Shown here: one piece after another, positions 13,828 through 27,130 of the stretch
Position numbering within the stretch: position 1 is the stretch's first letter
Layout: every line of letters starts with the position of its first letter
Translations under genes and position numbers: made by a program
Notes under the pieces: model-generated
Database searches by the model: none
What the model was told of the DNA's origin: nothing
The model's input: only the letters and a program-made list of their open reading frames with translations
Assembly: GCA_002633005.1 (NCBI GenBank)
Contig: NMRA01000078.1
Span: 1,004,233-1,068,232 of the forward strand
Length of the DNA: 64,000 bases
Direction of reading: 5' to 3'
Source: Phoronis australis
Taxonomy: Eukaryota; Animalia; Phoronida

Positions 13828-14829
13828 CCCGATTAAGGTCCATGTTTAGCATTGACAGCCAAAATTTTTAAGCTTTCACTTTTAAATGCCATGATGGACT
13901 TCTTGTTAAAATTGGCAATGTCTCAAAATGCCAATTTCACTGGAATTTTAGCTCCCAAAGCTTAGGCAACTCACATGCCTTTGAGAAGGACAGTTTCAGT
14001 AGCGACTTTGCCATATTTGGGCGAGAAAGTAACCACTTTGTTCTGAAACAGATGGGAAATGCTTCTTTTGCGCATTGTGGTACTTGTGTGTCGAAAATGG
14101 TGACACTATTTGTGGTTGTGAATCAACTGTTTGGATAAATGCCATTTCATTTTTAAACACTCAACTGGACTTAAAACCCACCCCCTGTTTTTTTAATTTC
14201 CCTTTGTAAGCACCCTTGATATTAACCCCGTTCTTCCAAGCAGGTAATGTACAGGTGCCAAGTAAACTTAATTAGAAGCATTTAGGGTAATTAACACTAT
14301 TAGTGCTATTAGTGCAAGCAGGATTGATGGACATAAAAAATACGGAAAAATTACTCAACTCTAGAGTCTAGTTTCTTTTAGCTAATGGGAATTGGATGTA
14401 AATAGTAATATGTCGTACATTTCCAAACAGTATGGACCCATCGTCCCACATTTTTTATGGTCCATTCCAATTTCTTGGGACCCCGAGAAAACATAATTTA
14501 CGTCACTTACAGGGGTCCCATATATTGAGAACCTGTTTGATACTAACGTTATTTAGTGGAGAGATCCCTGTACGTGATTTATTACATTTCGCAATTTGTT
14601 ACATTAGGTCAGAATGACGTACAAATTTTATTTGAAAATGTCAAGTGATGGTAACCACAGGATGATAGCTGTGTAATGAAACGTATGTCTCATCAAAATT
14701 GCATCCAAGGTGACCATCTTCGCGCCTTCTTTAGCTTATTTGCATCAAATTCTGGTCGAACACTGCGCCAGGTCACTTTCTCTTTTGGGAAACTTCAGTT
14801 AAGCAAAGCTTCGCTGAAACTTTACTTAC

Positions 14830-15274
14830 CTTTCCCACTTACTATTTATGTCGAAATTATCGCTAAGACAACAGACGATGCAGTTCATTCATACTCTCAA
14901 TCGAATATTGAGTAGTGGGTTTAAGGCTAACTGAAAATAATGCCTGTCATTTACGATTGTTTATGGAAATGATCAATTTATTTCCTCATCAGATATGCCT
15001 TTTTTGTTTATTTTTGTCTGTCTTGAGTGCACATCAGCTACGCTACAATAACACGCTTTGCGAGTCTTTCCGCAATCTCTACCGATAACTTCAATGAAGC
15101 CTTGCTTTGACTGTTCCCACTCCACTGAAGTTTTGGTGAGTACCGAAGCTTCACTTTAAAATCGTACTTTTTTAATAGCAGTTTCGATTGCAGAATAACT
15201 AACGGAGTTAATTTTTCTTACTTACAGAAACTTCGGTAAAAGCGAAATTTTGCCTCTAATGGGAAAGCGACTTA
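14830..15274 (+). repeat. Copy 1 of a ~440-bp MITE-like repeat
   Basis: Colinear with 15861-16313: TCGAATATTGAGTAGTG, ACTGAAAAT, GTACCGAA.CTTC, CTTACAGAAAC.TCGGTAAAAGCGAA and AATGGGAAAGCGACTTA. Confidence 0.8.
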
Positions 15275-15860
15275 CTGCATGGGCGGGTCTTTCCTCCCTG
15301 GGTTACTAATCTATGTAATTTGAGGGTGAGGCCTCAGGGCTCAACACAAATGCGAATCAGACTTCCCGGGACGACTGATTTTTAGATCAGGACAAGTTAC
15401 TAAATTAGTTACCACTAGAAAGGAGTAGTTAAATAGTAGTAGTAGTAGTAATACATTTTACTCAAAGATATACAACAAGTTAAAGCTTATGGAGACTCTG
15501 TGGAGGACCCGAACATTTTTTTGACCATGTAGCCACCAGAGAAACCGAAAAGTTTGCGTCAAGATAACTATGTCAATGTTTCCCATAGGTTTGCTGCAAA
15601 TTTGACAGTGCCAATCAAGAAATCGGTCAAGGAAATTCGCCCATCTATAAAGGTGTTTTTGTGTTCAACAATATCTTCATTAAAAACCTAAAAATGCAAA
15701 ATCAATGCCTATTTATACAAATTATTTATTACCAATCACAGATTTAAACCGTACTTAAGTTTATATCAAATTGTTTCGTGTTTAAAGCACATTCAATAAG
15801 ACTCTTCTTATTACCTATAGTGACACCTGGTGGACTCCATTTATAGGCACTTCGCTTAGC

Positions 15861-16313
15861 CTTTCCGACTAGACAGCGATATCAAAGTTATCACTAAAAT
15901 ACCAGACGGCACAGTTCGTTCGTACTATCAGTCGAATATTGAGTAGTGAGTTCGAGGCTTTAACTGAAAATTGTTCTCTTGCTAGTTCCGATATTTATGA
16001 AAATGATCTGTGTCATTCTTCATCATATATGCTTTCTTGTATTTATTTACGTGTGTCTATTGAGAACACGTTGACTACAGTAACAAAGAACACACTTTAC
16101 AAGTTTCACGATTGTATATCGTTGCCGCCACCTCTACCAGTAACTTCGACTGTTCCGACTACGCTGAAGTTTTGGAGGGTACCGAAACTTCGGTTTTAAA
16201 TCGTATTGTTTTCAGCGAAGTTTCACTTGCAGATCAACTACCAGAGTTAACCTTTTGCACTTACAGAAACCTCGGTAAAAGCGAAGTTTCGCCTTGAATG
16301 GGAAAGCGACTTA
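15861..16313 (+). repeat. Copy 2 of the ~440-bp MITE-like repeat
   Basis: Diverged direct repeat of 14830-15274, about 1030 bp downstream. Confidence 0.8.
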
Positions 16314-18635
16314 AGTTACTTCCAGTAGTTGAGAAAGCTCATTGGCCTGTCCAAAATTAATTAGTTAGTTTGAAGGGACACTAAATATGCGATGTGTTAT
16401 TTGATAAACTTCATTACGGAGCAGTTGACGGGATCTTTTGGTGCCAGGTGTGTAGATGACGTTTTTCGTGCATCCCAAATTTTTTTGAAAATTAGAATTT
16501 CATCAAACTCGAAATTAATGTTGACATTTCCGTTCTTTTACATGAAGTCAAGATAAGTCGTGTCTAATTTCTTTGATTTTTTCTTATGAATGTGTCGTCC
16601 ATGTTTGTATTTGATGACCCCTACATTCACGCTACAAACTTGAGTAAAATCTCAAGATATCGAGTAAAAACTCATGATTTTGAGGAGATACTCGAGATTT
16701 TGAGTTCACGCTTGAACATAAGAGTATTAATGCTGGGGTCATCAAGTGCAAACTAGAATTAGAAAGTCATCCGTGTGGACATACTGTAGTGCACTCAAGC
16801 ACAAAATAACAGACACTTATCTTGAGTTCCTCCAAAGTAGAATAGAAAATGCCAGAAATGATATTAATTTAGAGTTTAATTTCCAGTTCATAGATCAGTC
16901 TTCGCGTCTTGGTCTGCTCAGACATTGTTATGAAACCTTTTAGTTGCAGGTCTAGCACTCACCAGCTTCACTCTAGACAATTGATTTTTCTTGTTTTGAA
17001 GAAAGCTGCCACATTGCTCTATATATATAGATCGTTTTGCTGTGATTTTTTCTAGGAATAGAAATTTTGAGGCATCTTTTGCATTGCATAAAGCATACCT
17101 CAGCTGTTGTCAGTCTTTGCTACTGTTCATGAGTAGCAAACTATGTAGTGTGACAAACAGTTGGCACACTGTATTTACTGTTAACGGTAAATCTAGATTT
17201 ATCTAATCTCATCTTGCGGTGAAGCGCTGAACTTCATTGTGTCTAATTTTTCTGGTTTTTGGCAAGTCGAATTTGTCACTTCTTGGTATCTTTTCATGCC
17301 ACCCTCCGAAATTTCGGAATTTCCTTTGAAAAAACATCTGCTTATGTGCTCTTGGTAATAATAATGCTCTGAAGGATATCTTGATAATGTTACGTACATA
17401 CTCTCCAATTTTTGGTCGCTTTCGCTTAATCTAGTGAACGTTGCAAATTGATGTGCATGCGTCGGTTGTGTATCCTGCTTGGCTTTTTTAATACGTTCAA
17501 ACCAGCAATTGACGTCATTGAGGGAAGTGAATTCGCCACGTTTATCAATACTTCACCAGATTAGCCACATACTTTGACTGGGATCACTCCAAATGATTGT
17601 TAATTGAATTTTACTAGACATCATTGTTGTCCAGGGCATTTTTTTATAATTGGGGCACGAATTAAGTGTCCATATCGTTTTTTAAAATCAAACTTTAAGG
17701 CTGATCATTTCAAGCCGAGTTTGATTGACTTTGTCTCATAATGTCCCCTCTAGCCAATATAGTCATTATTAGTTTTCCAGTTCATCACGTTTCTGGTGAG
17801 GGAATTATCCAATTTCTCTATGCGCCTGGCTGCCTAAAAATTTTATCATCCACAAAATTTTGTAGCTGCTTGCCTTCATGGTACATCAACAAAACCCTCA
17901 ATTATCTCTCCAACTCTTAGGGCTTGGTGAGTTTTTTCTCTGAGGTTTTGACAGTAAAATAGACCATTGCTAGCAATGAAACCAAAAAATCCTGAATGTG
18001 AATTTTTGTGTAGAAATTTGTGGAAAGTTTATTTTTTTGTTTCTTACCTTGTCACTCCCGAATTAAAGTCACTGTTAACTGCAAAAGATGCATTTAGGGC
18101 ACCTACCATTTTGGAGTTTGTCTGAAATTGTTTCGTTGTCAGATTGGATGTAATTTGATGGACTTGGAAAGAACGGACTGTTGCTGTTTGCTTGAGACTT
18201 GGCTCTCCAAGTTGGCTTGTAGTGGTGTCTCATTTTATGTGCTGATCAAGATCTCTTGGAATAATGGACTCTGCGTTTCCACAAGCCCACAAATGACTTC
18301 TCCTTAGAGAAAGGAACTTGTTGAAATCAATGTTATGATGGTAATTAGTCTGTTTCAAGAGTAGCCACTTTACATAGTGTAGGACATTGTTGAGAAGGCT
18401 GTATATTTAGTCAAAGATCAACTAAGCTATTATATTTGTTGATGGATTTAAGTCAACAGATCTCATTCTTCATTACATTTGGCATTTCATGGAATTGGTG
18501 TTCTCTGATTGATGCTCAAAATTTATCCTAGCAACCAATGTCACCTGTTTTACCATGATGTAAGTGCCCTTTACACTTCAAAAGTTGACATGGATCAGCT
18601 GACACGGAACGAGTTGTTCCAGTGTGTAAACAACA

Positions 18636-19120
18636 AGAAATTTAGACATAATTTTAATAATATTTCGGCTCTGTGTTCCTGTGGAGATACCCAGACATAT
18701 CCTCATGTTTTCTTTGCTTGTGAGGTATGCAAGGAGGAGAGGGTACAGCTCTTCCAGGCACTCGAACAATGCCCCAATGTTTATAAAAATACTCTGAAAT
18801 TCCGCAATTGTACAACAAAATTAATTTCTTTCTATATGGATGTCAAGAACTTAACTCAAACGAAAATATGGTTTTATTTGAAATAGTATCAGAATTTCTT
18901 TATAACATCTCTTTGTGTGAGTGGATAGAATTTTATACATCTGTATGAAAATGAATTATTTTCATTCATTGTCATATATCATTGTATTCTTAACATCAGT
19001 TTTTTTTATTTATGTATTCGTATATAATCATTGTATATAGACTTCTTTGTATTTTTTTACCCAGATCTAATGCCTCTTGGGTTATGTATATTCATTGTAT
19101 TCTGAAGATTTCGTAATAAA
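18636..19120 (+). mobile_element. 5'-truncated LINE (CR1/L2-group) remnant: ORF2 C-terminus plus AT-rich 3' UTR
   Basis: FRHNFNNISALCSCGDTQTYPHVFFACEVCKEERVQLFQAL, then after a frameshift INFFLYGCQELNSNENMVLFEIVSEFL. This matches the CxCG..H..C / LLxG...N..LF..V..F tail typical of these ORF2 proteins. It is followed by a TGTA-rich UTR and AATAAA. Confidence 0.75.
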
Positions 19121-19123
19121 CCG

Positions 19124-19463
19124 ACTGAAGCGGAGCAAACTGACACCGCGGTGACAAGTTTTGCCACCCGTTTGTGAGGTAGAGCAATTTGCGTCCGAAC
19201 ATCTTGCTCCATGTCAATTGTATGTTTAAACACGAAACTGGGGCAAGGCGGAAAGGATCATCTCTACTGCTCTTGCCTAATGACCTACGTACGGATCTCT
19301 GCAATTCTCGTCATTTGTAAACCTGCGCATGTACGATCCAGTCTCTCCAGCCTTTAATTTCCGTCTTGCCACGATTAGTGAGTTGTGTATGTAAACGGCT
19401 GCTTGACACGGGTCAGTTTGCTCCGTGTCAGTTGCGCCGGGCCAAAAGTTGATGTCTAATCGG
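19124..19463. mobile_element. MITE-like element with inverted CTGACACGGAGCAA-type motifs
   Basis: CGGAGCAAACTGAC at 19131 is inverted as GTCAGTTTGCTCCG at 19412. Shares its left arm with 6701-6906 and its right end with 7795-7951. Confidence 0.7.
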
Positions 19464-21330
19464 GACTGTAGACTTTAAGATGAGAAATGTTTTACCATCA
19501 TGTCGTGGAAAAACATCGACAAACTTGCTCATTGTTGCCATGCTATTGTTAAGCAAAGCCTTCCTCTAACTCCGAACGATACCTTTATAACAATTTTGTA
19601 TAAGGTTTGTCATATAATGTTCATATTTTTACATGGGTTTTCATGCTACCATGGCACATCTTTGCATGTTTGCATGATGACACAATTTAAACACTAACGT
19701 GGTATTTTTCTTCATGGATTACACTTTTTTACGGTTTGAATACTTGTTTCACACAATACACATTTTTGCCATGTTTTACGTGCTTTGAGTGTGTAAAATT
19801 CTTTCTCAGGTAACTACGCACAATTCCTGTGAAGCCCAAGACTGAGTTAGAGCTCAGCTAGAAGCATTATCGGTTTCTGAAAGGGCTCTGCAACTTTGTC
19901 TCAAATGATCCCCAAGGGCTCTATTTGGACGCAAAGTCACTTTGATATAGTGAATTTTTCCAAAGGAGCCCCTGCAGATGGCATTTCTGAGAATCCACAT
20001 TTCGTGACCAAGTCTGAGCACAGAAAGATTCCTGAATCTCACATGAAATTCTTGGAAACCCGTATAGTATGACAGTTGTCTCATCTGTTGTTGTTGATGC
20101 ATAACACACAGGAGGACTCAGAATATGATAGGTTCAAGGCAGCTAAGTTTCCAAATGACTCACAATAAAGATCATTTCTAGGGGTTGATGGCTGATTAAT
20201 ATTTAGGCTGGTTATCAGGGGTTACTATTTTGAGAAAGTGGATTGTAATTTAGGAACTTGATAAGCAAGTCACCGGAAATACAGTAGTCATGATGTAACC
20301 CTATGATGACCTGATATTTAGTGAGAAACTTCGATTAGTTTAACAATAAAATTAAATTTTTTTGGTAATATGGTAAAATTAGAATAGTCTGTGCAGGTCA
20401 GGTCAGTGAAATGTGTTGGAAAACGGACACATAAATTTACGCAACTCGCCAGATCCGACTTACCGAAAACCCCATGTCACCAACCGAAAACTGAGTTCAC
20501 CAAAACTGAGGTCAGCAGACGTTGACCAAAACAAACGAGTAATTACCTCAAAATTTTAAATGAATTTGGAGTGAATTATTGTGTGACTTTGATTTTCACT
20601 GTGGCAACTTTGTGGTGACGTGGAGAAAATTCCCAACAACATCTGAAGTCTCATTGGTGAGCTGCAGGTCGCCAAATTGAGTGCTCAATTTTTTGTGTGA
20701 GCAGGTTTTCTTCAGTAAAAGCTTTCTGAGGCCTATAAAATACCTAAAATATAACAACTGTCCTAAAATTTCCTATGCTTTTGTGAATTTTGGATATTTT
20801 ATTTTAAAATTCCTAATTTTCCTTAAAGTGTGAACTCCATTGGTCTCTGTTTCTTAATCAAATGGTCCTGTACACTCAACTGTTTGAAAATGGCCGACAG
20901 GACTGGTTTAGGAAATAACGTTCAACACTCATGCTTTTTTCCTGCATCATGTGGTGTTGGGGTTTTATCCCGTCTTGCTTTTTTGTTACGTAATCTCATA
21001 TTGAGAAGCTCCTATGAAAGATAAATTGAAAACTAAGCACGTTGGTTACGAAACCTTTTACGTGCTATCATTCATAGCAACTGAAAAGAAAGGCTTCAGT
21101 TTACACTGTGAGGTTCATTTTGAAATAAAATTACAGTACAACCTCACCAATTTGGGACAAAAATAATAATAATAAATACTAGTAATAAGATGGAATTTTG
21201 TAAAACCTTGATCTTCAAATTTAGTCTCATGTTATGGCCAAAACGAACACAATGACAAAAATATTTTTTTCAAATTTACTTCCAAACTTATGAAGGTTGT
21301 CGAGTGTTACAGAGCATTATTTTGTTTCAG

Positions 21331-21384
21331 AGAATTGGATGGGAAAGTTGTTTTTGATATCTGGCCAAAACCTGGTTTCAATTG
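21331..21384 (+). CDS. Candidate coding exon (R)ELDGKVVFDIWPKPGFN(W/C), followed by a U12-type donor
   Basis: Strong acceptor TTATTTTGTTTCAG|, 54 nt, open (phase 2-2), donor |GTATCCTTTT. Loose resemblance to the KQLEDGxTLxDY segment of ubiquitin-like domains. Confidence 0.55.
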
Positions 21385-21402
21385 GTATCCTTTTAAAGTA
21401 AA

Positions 21403-21420
21403 TGCCACTAGATGGCGCAC
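21403..21420 (+). promoter_or_regulatory. CTCF-consensus site TGCCACTAGATGGCGCAC
   Basis: Exact match to the CTCF core CCASYAGRKGGCRS at 21405-21418. Binding is untested. Confidence 0.5.
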
Positions 21421-23935
21421 TAAAATAATTGTGAAGGTTCTGCATACTTCTGCAAAATTGCCTATTTTATACTTTCCCTCTAGTGTTTTTGCATCCTGGA
21501 ATTTTTATTTACTTTCTGTTTTTCCGAGATGGATGTTGCCTGAGTGCCCAAAAGTACATTAATGTCACCTTAAGATAGAGATTATGAATATTGAATCCCT
21601 ATGGTTAGGTCACATGGTTGTGCTCTCAATCTATTCACTGACATTTTACTTTTAGTCTCATGACATTTAAAATTTGCCATTTGTTTTTCCAGTGGTGCCT
21701 TTTTGTGAAAATGTTAGCAACCCTGATCGCTTTCTCATGCTTATGTCCTTGGACGGTTGCCAGTACTTAGAGTATTTTGAATTGGGAGCTTATAAACCGA
21801 ATTTATGTCAGTAAAATTACTTTTTTATGCAGAGACCCCTAGTGTCCCTCTGGCATAGTTGCTCACTTCAAATCAACATCACCCAGATCTTATTCTTTGC
21901 TTAAGTTGTAATTGGATGCAATAAAATGTTTAGAATATCCCTGATGGCTATAGTGGTTGACAGCTGAACCCAACCCATAACGACATGCAAGCCTCATAAG
22001 CCTATTCTGTCACACATTAATAAACTCTGCGGTCTTCTTAAGCCTGGAAATAATGTCTTACTGTGCTACGGATGATGAGATTGATTTTATAACGGAAAGT
22101 CAAAGTCGTCTAAATCAAATGTTGTTTTTTGACAGCAGGCACGTTTTAATTGCACCTTTAATTGTATCTTTAATTCCTCATTTAATTATTAATGGACTGT
22201 ACTGTTAGGAAAGAGCAAATGAATGATAGCCGCGGCAATCAAATTTTAGAAATTTCATCGAAATACTAATTAATTCGGAAGACTTGATAGACGCTCTGGC
22301 AAAAAGCTCATTACTGATGCGAATGTAACTGTGTTAAGTTAGCAGGGTCAGTTTTTACCTGCGCTGGTTTTCTTGCATTCGCCTGCATCCCCATGTGTAC
22401 TGTGGCTTGTTGCCATGGTGCGTTGCCGTGGTGAGATCATATGTACTGACAGTGGAATCGGCTTAAACATGGGGTTGCCCTTATTCTGTATAGATGAGTG
22501 GCAAACAAGTGAAAAAATATTCTGTCATTTTTTCCATTAAGGTTACGTTTATCCATGATAATTGAAATTTTGTCTTTTCCATGCAATATTGAAGTATGTA
22601 GCGATTGTCAACTCATGAAAGCAAATTTCGGAAACATGAGTCGAGACAAATCTACTCATGCCATTTGGAACACTGTGCCCTTCTTGTCTTCGCTTGACAA
22701 TGCGTTTTTTTGGTGAAAAGGTTGTTTCCTGAAAGTTTTTTGTAGGGAAAAGTCCTTTCACCAGCATTCACCAAACTTTCTATATTAAAGGTTTGATTAA
22801 AATGCTCAAGAGCCGAGTCTGGGATTTTCCAAAGTTAGTGCCTGGTGAGTGTTTTTAATGGTATTTTTTGTCAAATAGGGTTACACGTTACCAAGTTCAA
22901 ATTTTCTCCATGTTCAAGTTCTGTGTCATAGCCACCACCACCAGCAATTGAAAAATAAAAAAGTCAATTTTGGCAATTATTTTTGTCCGAAATTGTAAGA
23001 TTTACTTTATGTCTGTAAGGCGTCTAGTGACATTGAATGTGGTTACCGACTATACAATAAGAAAATGACATTAAAATCTTCAATTTGGGACAAAAATAAT
23101 TATTGCTGAAATAAGCTGCGTTTTTTAATCTTACTATGGCGTATTTCCGCAAATGATCAGTTTTACCACACCTTGTTTGGTGATGATAGAACCACGCCAG
23201 CTTTGCTAACAATTTTAAGCCACTTTTTAAAATTATAGTATTTGAGAAATTTGACAAAATGAAATTTCACCTGTTTCTCATATTTTGTCACAATTTAATT
23301 TAAAGAACCTTGTAGTAGTTTTCCTGATTCATGGAAAATGAAAGAGGACGCAACCTTATGAAACACAAAGAAAGTCTCAAGAGTATAGACGACAACCTTC
23401 ATTTTGAAACTATAAATTTAAAACAAATGTTGATATGAAATAGTAAAAAATCCATCATTTTGATAATTGCTCTGTCTAAGGTTTGACAGTCTGTTAGCAC
23501 AGTTTTTCCTCCCATTTTTAGCACACAACGTGGCGGATTCTGCTATGTTTCTCCAGAAAAATGAAGATTAAGAAAGTTTTAATCTATTACAAGCACGGAT
23601 TGCTAGTGTGCAGATGTCATAAAACAACATTTGTTGAAACTCCTATTATTCGCAGAAAGGTAACCGGCCATTGAAAAGTGGAAAAAATAATCATTTTGGC
23701 AATTAATTTTTGTGCGGAATAAGTGGAGCGATGACCATGTTTTGGGTCCAGCGGTCATGTTGTTTCTCACCTGTGTGCTTGGGCTTCTTGGTCACTCATG
23801 GGATCATTTAACGAAACCTTACTGTGTCATAAAACTGTGTGCCTGTTAAATGTTGGCAGCCCAGCCAGATGGCTCTCTACTGTGTTGGCTGGAATGGAGT
23901 AGTTGAAACTTGGCCTTCAGTTCACAAACTTAATT

Positions 23936-25616
23936 ACTTGGCGAAGTACGTCTCTGACGTCAATTTTTTTGTTTGCACTCTATAGGTCGCAATTTTTGTC
24001 TTATCCACACAAAATTTACACACAACGCGTAGCTCCGGAAGTGCTGGAAGCGTATTGGTTTTGGTCATGATCGGTTCCAAGATGGTGGACATGGTGGCCA
24101 TTTTTTTTTCCGATTTCTGATTCAGTTGCTCATAGAACCCCTCAATTTTTGACGTATTGGGCTCAAAATTGGCACAAATATGAAACTATACAGGTCCTCT
24201 GACTATGCTAGAAATTGACCTATCGCCAGGATTTTGAGTGACAGCTTAATTGACCAATCAGAACGCATCATTCTTGACACACCTTCATTTCCAAGCTGCC
24301 GTTTTACCCGACAAACAACACGTTGCCAGGTAAAACTTATTGTTTGTTAGCCGACAGAGCTTGCGACAGGTCAATTATTTACTTCCTGTCAAAAATGGCA
24401 GAAATATTGACAACGGCGCATACGCACCTCGATTTCGGGAAAAAAGGTTTTGTCTTGTAGAGGGCGCTTTAAAGGACCAATTGCTTTGAAATTTTTCAGG
24501 TATTAGTTTTATGTTGCCGGTTATTATCCAATCCTAAAAAAGCATAAGTTGATTCCAAGATGGTGGATTTGGCGCATGTTGACCCATTTTCAGTCATGCC
24601 ATTTTAAAAGCATTTTTTGTCCAATTTTCACAAAATTTTCACACAACTTGTAGTCCCGTAAGTACTGGAATTCTATTGTTTTTGGTCTTGATCGGGTCCA
24701 AGATGGCGGATGTGGTGGCCATTTTGTTTCCAATTTCTGATCAGTTGCTCATAGAGACTGTAATTTTTTACGTATCAGCACAAATATAAAATTATAAATG
24801 TTCTACAACTATGCCAGAAATCATTTACTTCTGGTTAAAGATGGTGGAAATATCGGCAATTACGCATACGCACTTCGATTTTGGGCAAAAAAATTTTCTC
24901 CTGCCAAGAGGACGCACTATTCCCTGTTGAAATGAAGTTCATGAGCTATGAAATATTCATGAACATTTATGAACTGGTTCATGAACATTCATGAAAAGTT
25001 CATAATCCAAGTTCATGAAATTTTTAGGTGTTAGTTTTACATGACACCCTATTACGCAATTTTCAAAAACCGGAGGTTGCTTTCAAGATGGTGGATCTGG
25101 CACACTTTGACCCATTTTTAGTTGTGCTGGGGTGCCATTTTGAATGGGAAGAGAAAATGACGTTAATTTTTGCATGTGGATTCTCTAAAGTATGTTCTTT
25201 TAAATGAACTGTAACAATTTTTTTCTCAGACTTACCGTTTTCGAGTTATTTGACTTTGAATTTAAAAAAAAAAACATTTCTTTTCGAAAAATTTACGGAA
25301 TGTTGCAAAACTATCAATTTTGATAGAGTTTTGAATGGGCTTTCAGATTAGGTATTTCCCATTTTTCGGTAGATGTCTACTTTTGAATTATCCGTGATTT
25401 TCTGATAGCGCTGTGAATCCTTTGTTGTCTGCGCTCTTGCTGCATTGATGTTGGTTTGGCTTCTGTTGAACAAGACTGTGAGCCTATTTCTTACTGATTT
25501 ATGAATCTAAGTTCGTCATATGAATGTTATGTTGTTCATCATCGCCACCATCATCATCATATTCGTCTTCTTAATCATCATCTCCGTCATCGTCTTTTCA
25601 GTTAATTTCGCCAAGT
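23936..25616 (+). mobile_element. Helentron/HINE-like element with an internal ~620-bp tandem duplication rich in CAAGATGG(C/T)GG
   Basis: Inverted pair ACTTGGCGAA (23936) and TTCGCCAAGT (25607). The unit at ~24011 repeats at ~24632. The second unit carries an inserted ATGAA/TTCAT-rich fragment at ~24916-25022. Confidence 0.65.
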
Positions 25617-26865
25617 GTCGCTCAAGACTGTAGCCTATTTCTTACTGATTTCTGACTAATGTGGTCATATTCATCATCTTGGTCGTCATCTCTATTCTCG
25701 TCTTTTCTGTTAATTTCTCCACGTTTCGCTCCTCGGAGCCCTTTCATTTTAGGTTTTGGCTTGAATTTTCACCAGTACTAGGTTGGTCATGTTGCGTGGC
25801 ATGCATAGGTTGTATTAGCTCAGCTCTATTGGTCAAAAATGGAGCATACATGCCGTGTTCTTCAAGCACATCGCTGTCGTTTCTACAGGATAATTAAAAA
25901 CGGAATACCCTTCAGTGTTATGCTGTTTTCAAATATTAGTCTATCAAAAATGTAAATTAGTCAAAGTTCAGATAGCTTTTTAAACATGCCTCAAGTGTTT
26001 CAAACTTGGTGTAGGGATATTTAATCTCTCGCTCTAGTAGTCTATTCAAACATTGTTCAGTCTCTCTAAACAGTGTTCAGGGTTTTTCAAACATGTCTCA
26101 GTGTCATTTTTTCTATCTATACTAATACCCTAATTTAAATTTTGTAACTAATCACTAAAGCTCCTTGACGGTCGTAGTTTTTTGTGTCGAATCTTCATCC
26201 AATGTTGACGTACAGTTTATTTTGAAAACCACTGTTGATTCCCTGCAGCTTAGTTGTTCCAATAACCATTTTCCGACATAGTGGGGAATGGGGATATGTT
26301 GAAAGTTGCGATGTCACTTAATGGCGCCAGAGAATTTTGTATAAAAATGTTCAGTTTCTGCACCTATAGTTTAATTGGAACTTGGATTTAGATTTTAAAG
26401 CACTGAAATTTTGCAGCACGTTGCAGCATTCTAAAATTCTTAGCTATCAACCCATCAAGTCACCACTGCTGTACTGTTGGATGTTCAAATGATTCACCTG
26501 ATAAGACCAAGGCCAAATTTGTTGAAAGCCCGCAAGTTAAAGAAATATTGCATTTCGTCTTTGTTAACTCTGGTCTCCTAAATTTGAAGTTGGATCGGAT
26601 ACTGCTTTTGTGTTCTTGCCACAGCAAAGAGTTTTATTACAAAGAGCTGCCTGAAAACTGCTCAAAGAAATAAACATATGTTGATCAGTTTTCAAATCTA
26701 TTGGCAAATCTGCCGTGAAAAGGCCACATTCCAATGGCGCAACCTGAGGTTAAACTCTGCTTCTGCATGACGATTACACGTGGTTAGCCAAAATGTGAGC
26801 ATTTGGCAGGTGACAAATTCGGTGGCAGTGTGAGTATTTTTAAACTAACAGTAATTATTTGCTCA

Positions 26866-27130
26866 TTATTTATTTATTTATTTATTTATTTATTGTAATA
26901 TTTAAAACGAGGATGGCCTCTTCAGTGACAGCACTACTTTCCAAGAGGGCCCTCAACAACAAAACTATAAAGCAGTAATATAATACAATAAAGTAGTAAA
27001 ACAATAATTAAATACATGTAACAAAAAAACAATTAAAACAGGTTGAGAATTTAGATAATAAATAAATGCCAAAGGATGATGAAAATTTGACTAAGAGGTG
27101 ATACTATATAGATTATTTACAGCAATGAAA
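26866..27130 (-). mobile_element. LINE (CR1/L2-group) 3' end with a (TAAA)n tail
   Basis: (TTTA)n at 26866-26894. The minus strand reads GAGGGCCCTCTTGGAAAGTAGTGCTGTCACTGAAGAGGCCATCCTCG...AATAAATAAATAAA, a typical CR1-like 3' terminus, preceded by T/TGT-rich UTR. Confidence 0.6.

Noticed and set aside
23757-23849. Signal-peptide-like MLFLTCVLGLLGHSW as first exon of the IL-17R-like gene
   Set aside because: No convincing donor of suitable phase, and the frame closes after 30 codons.
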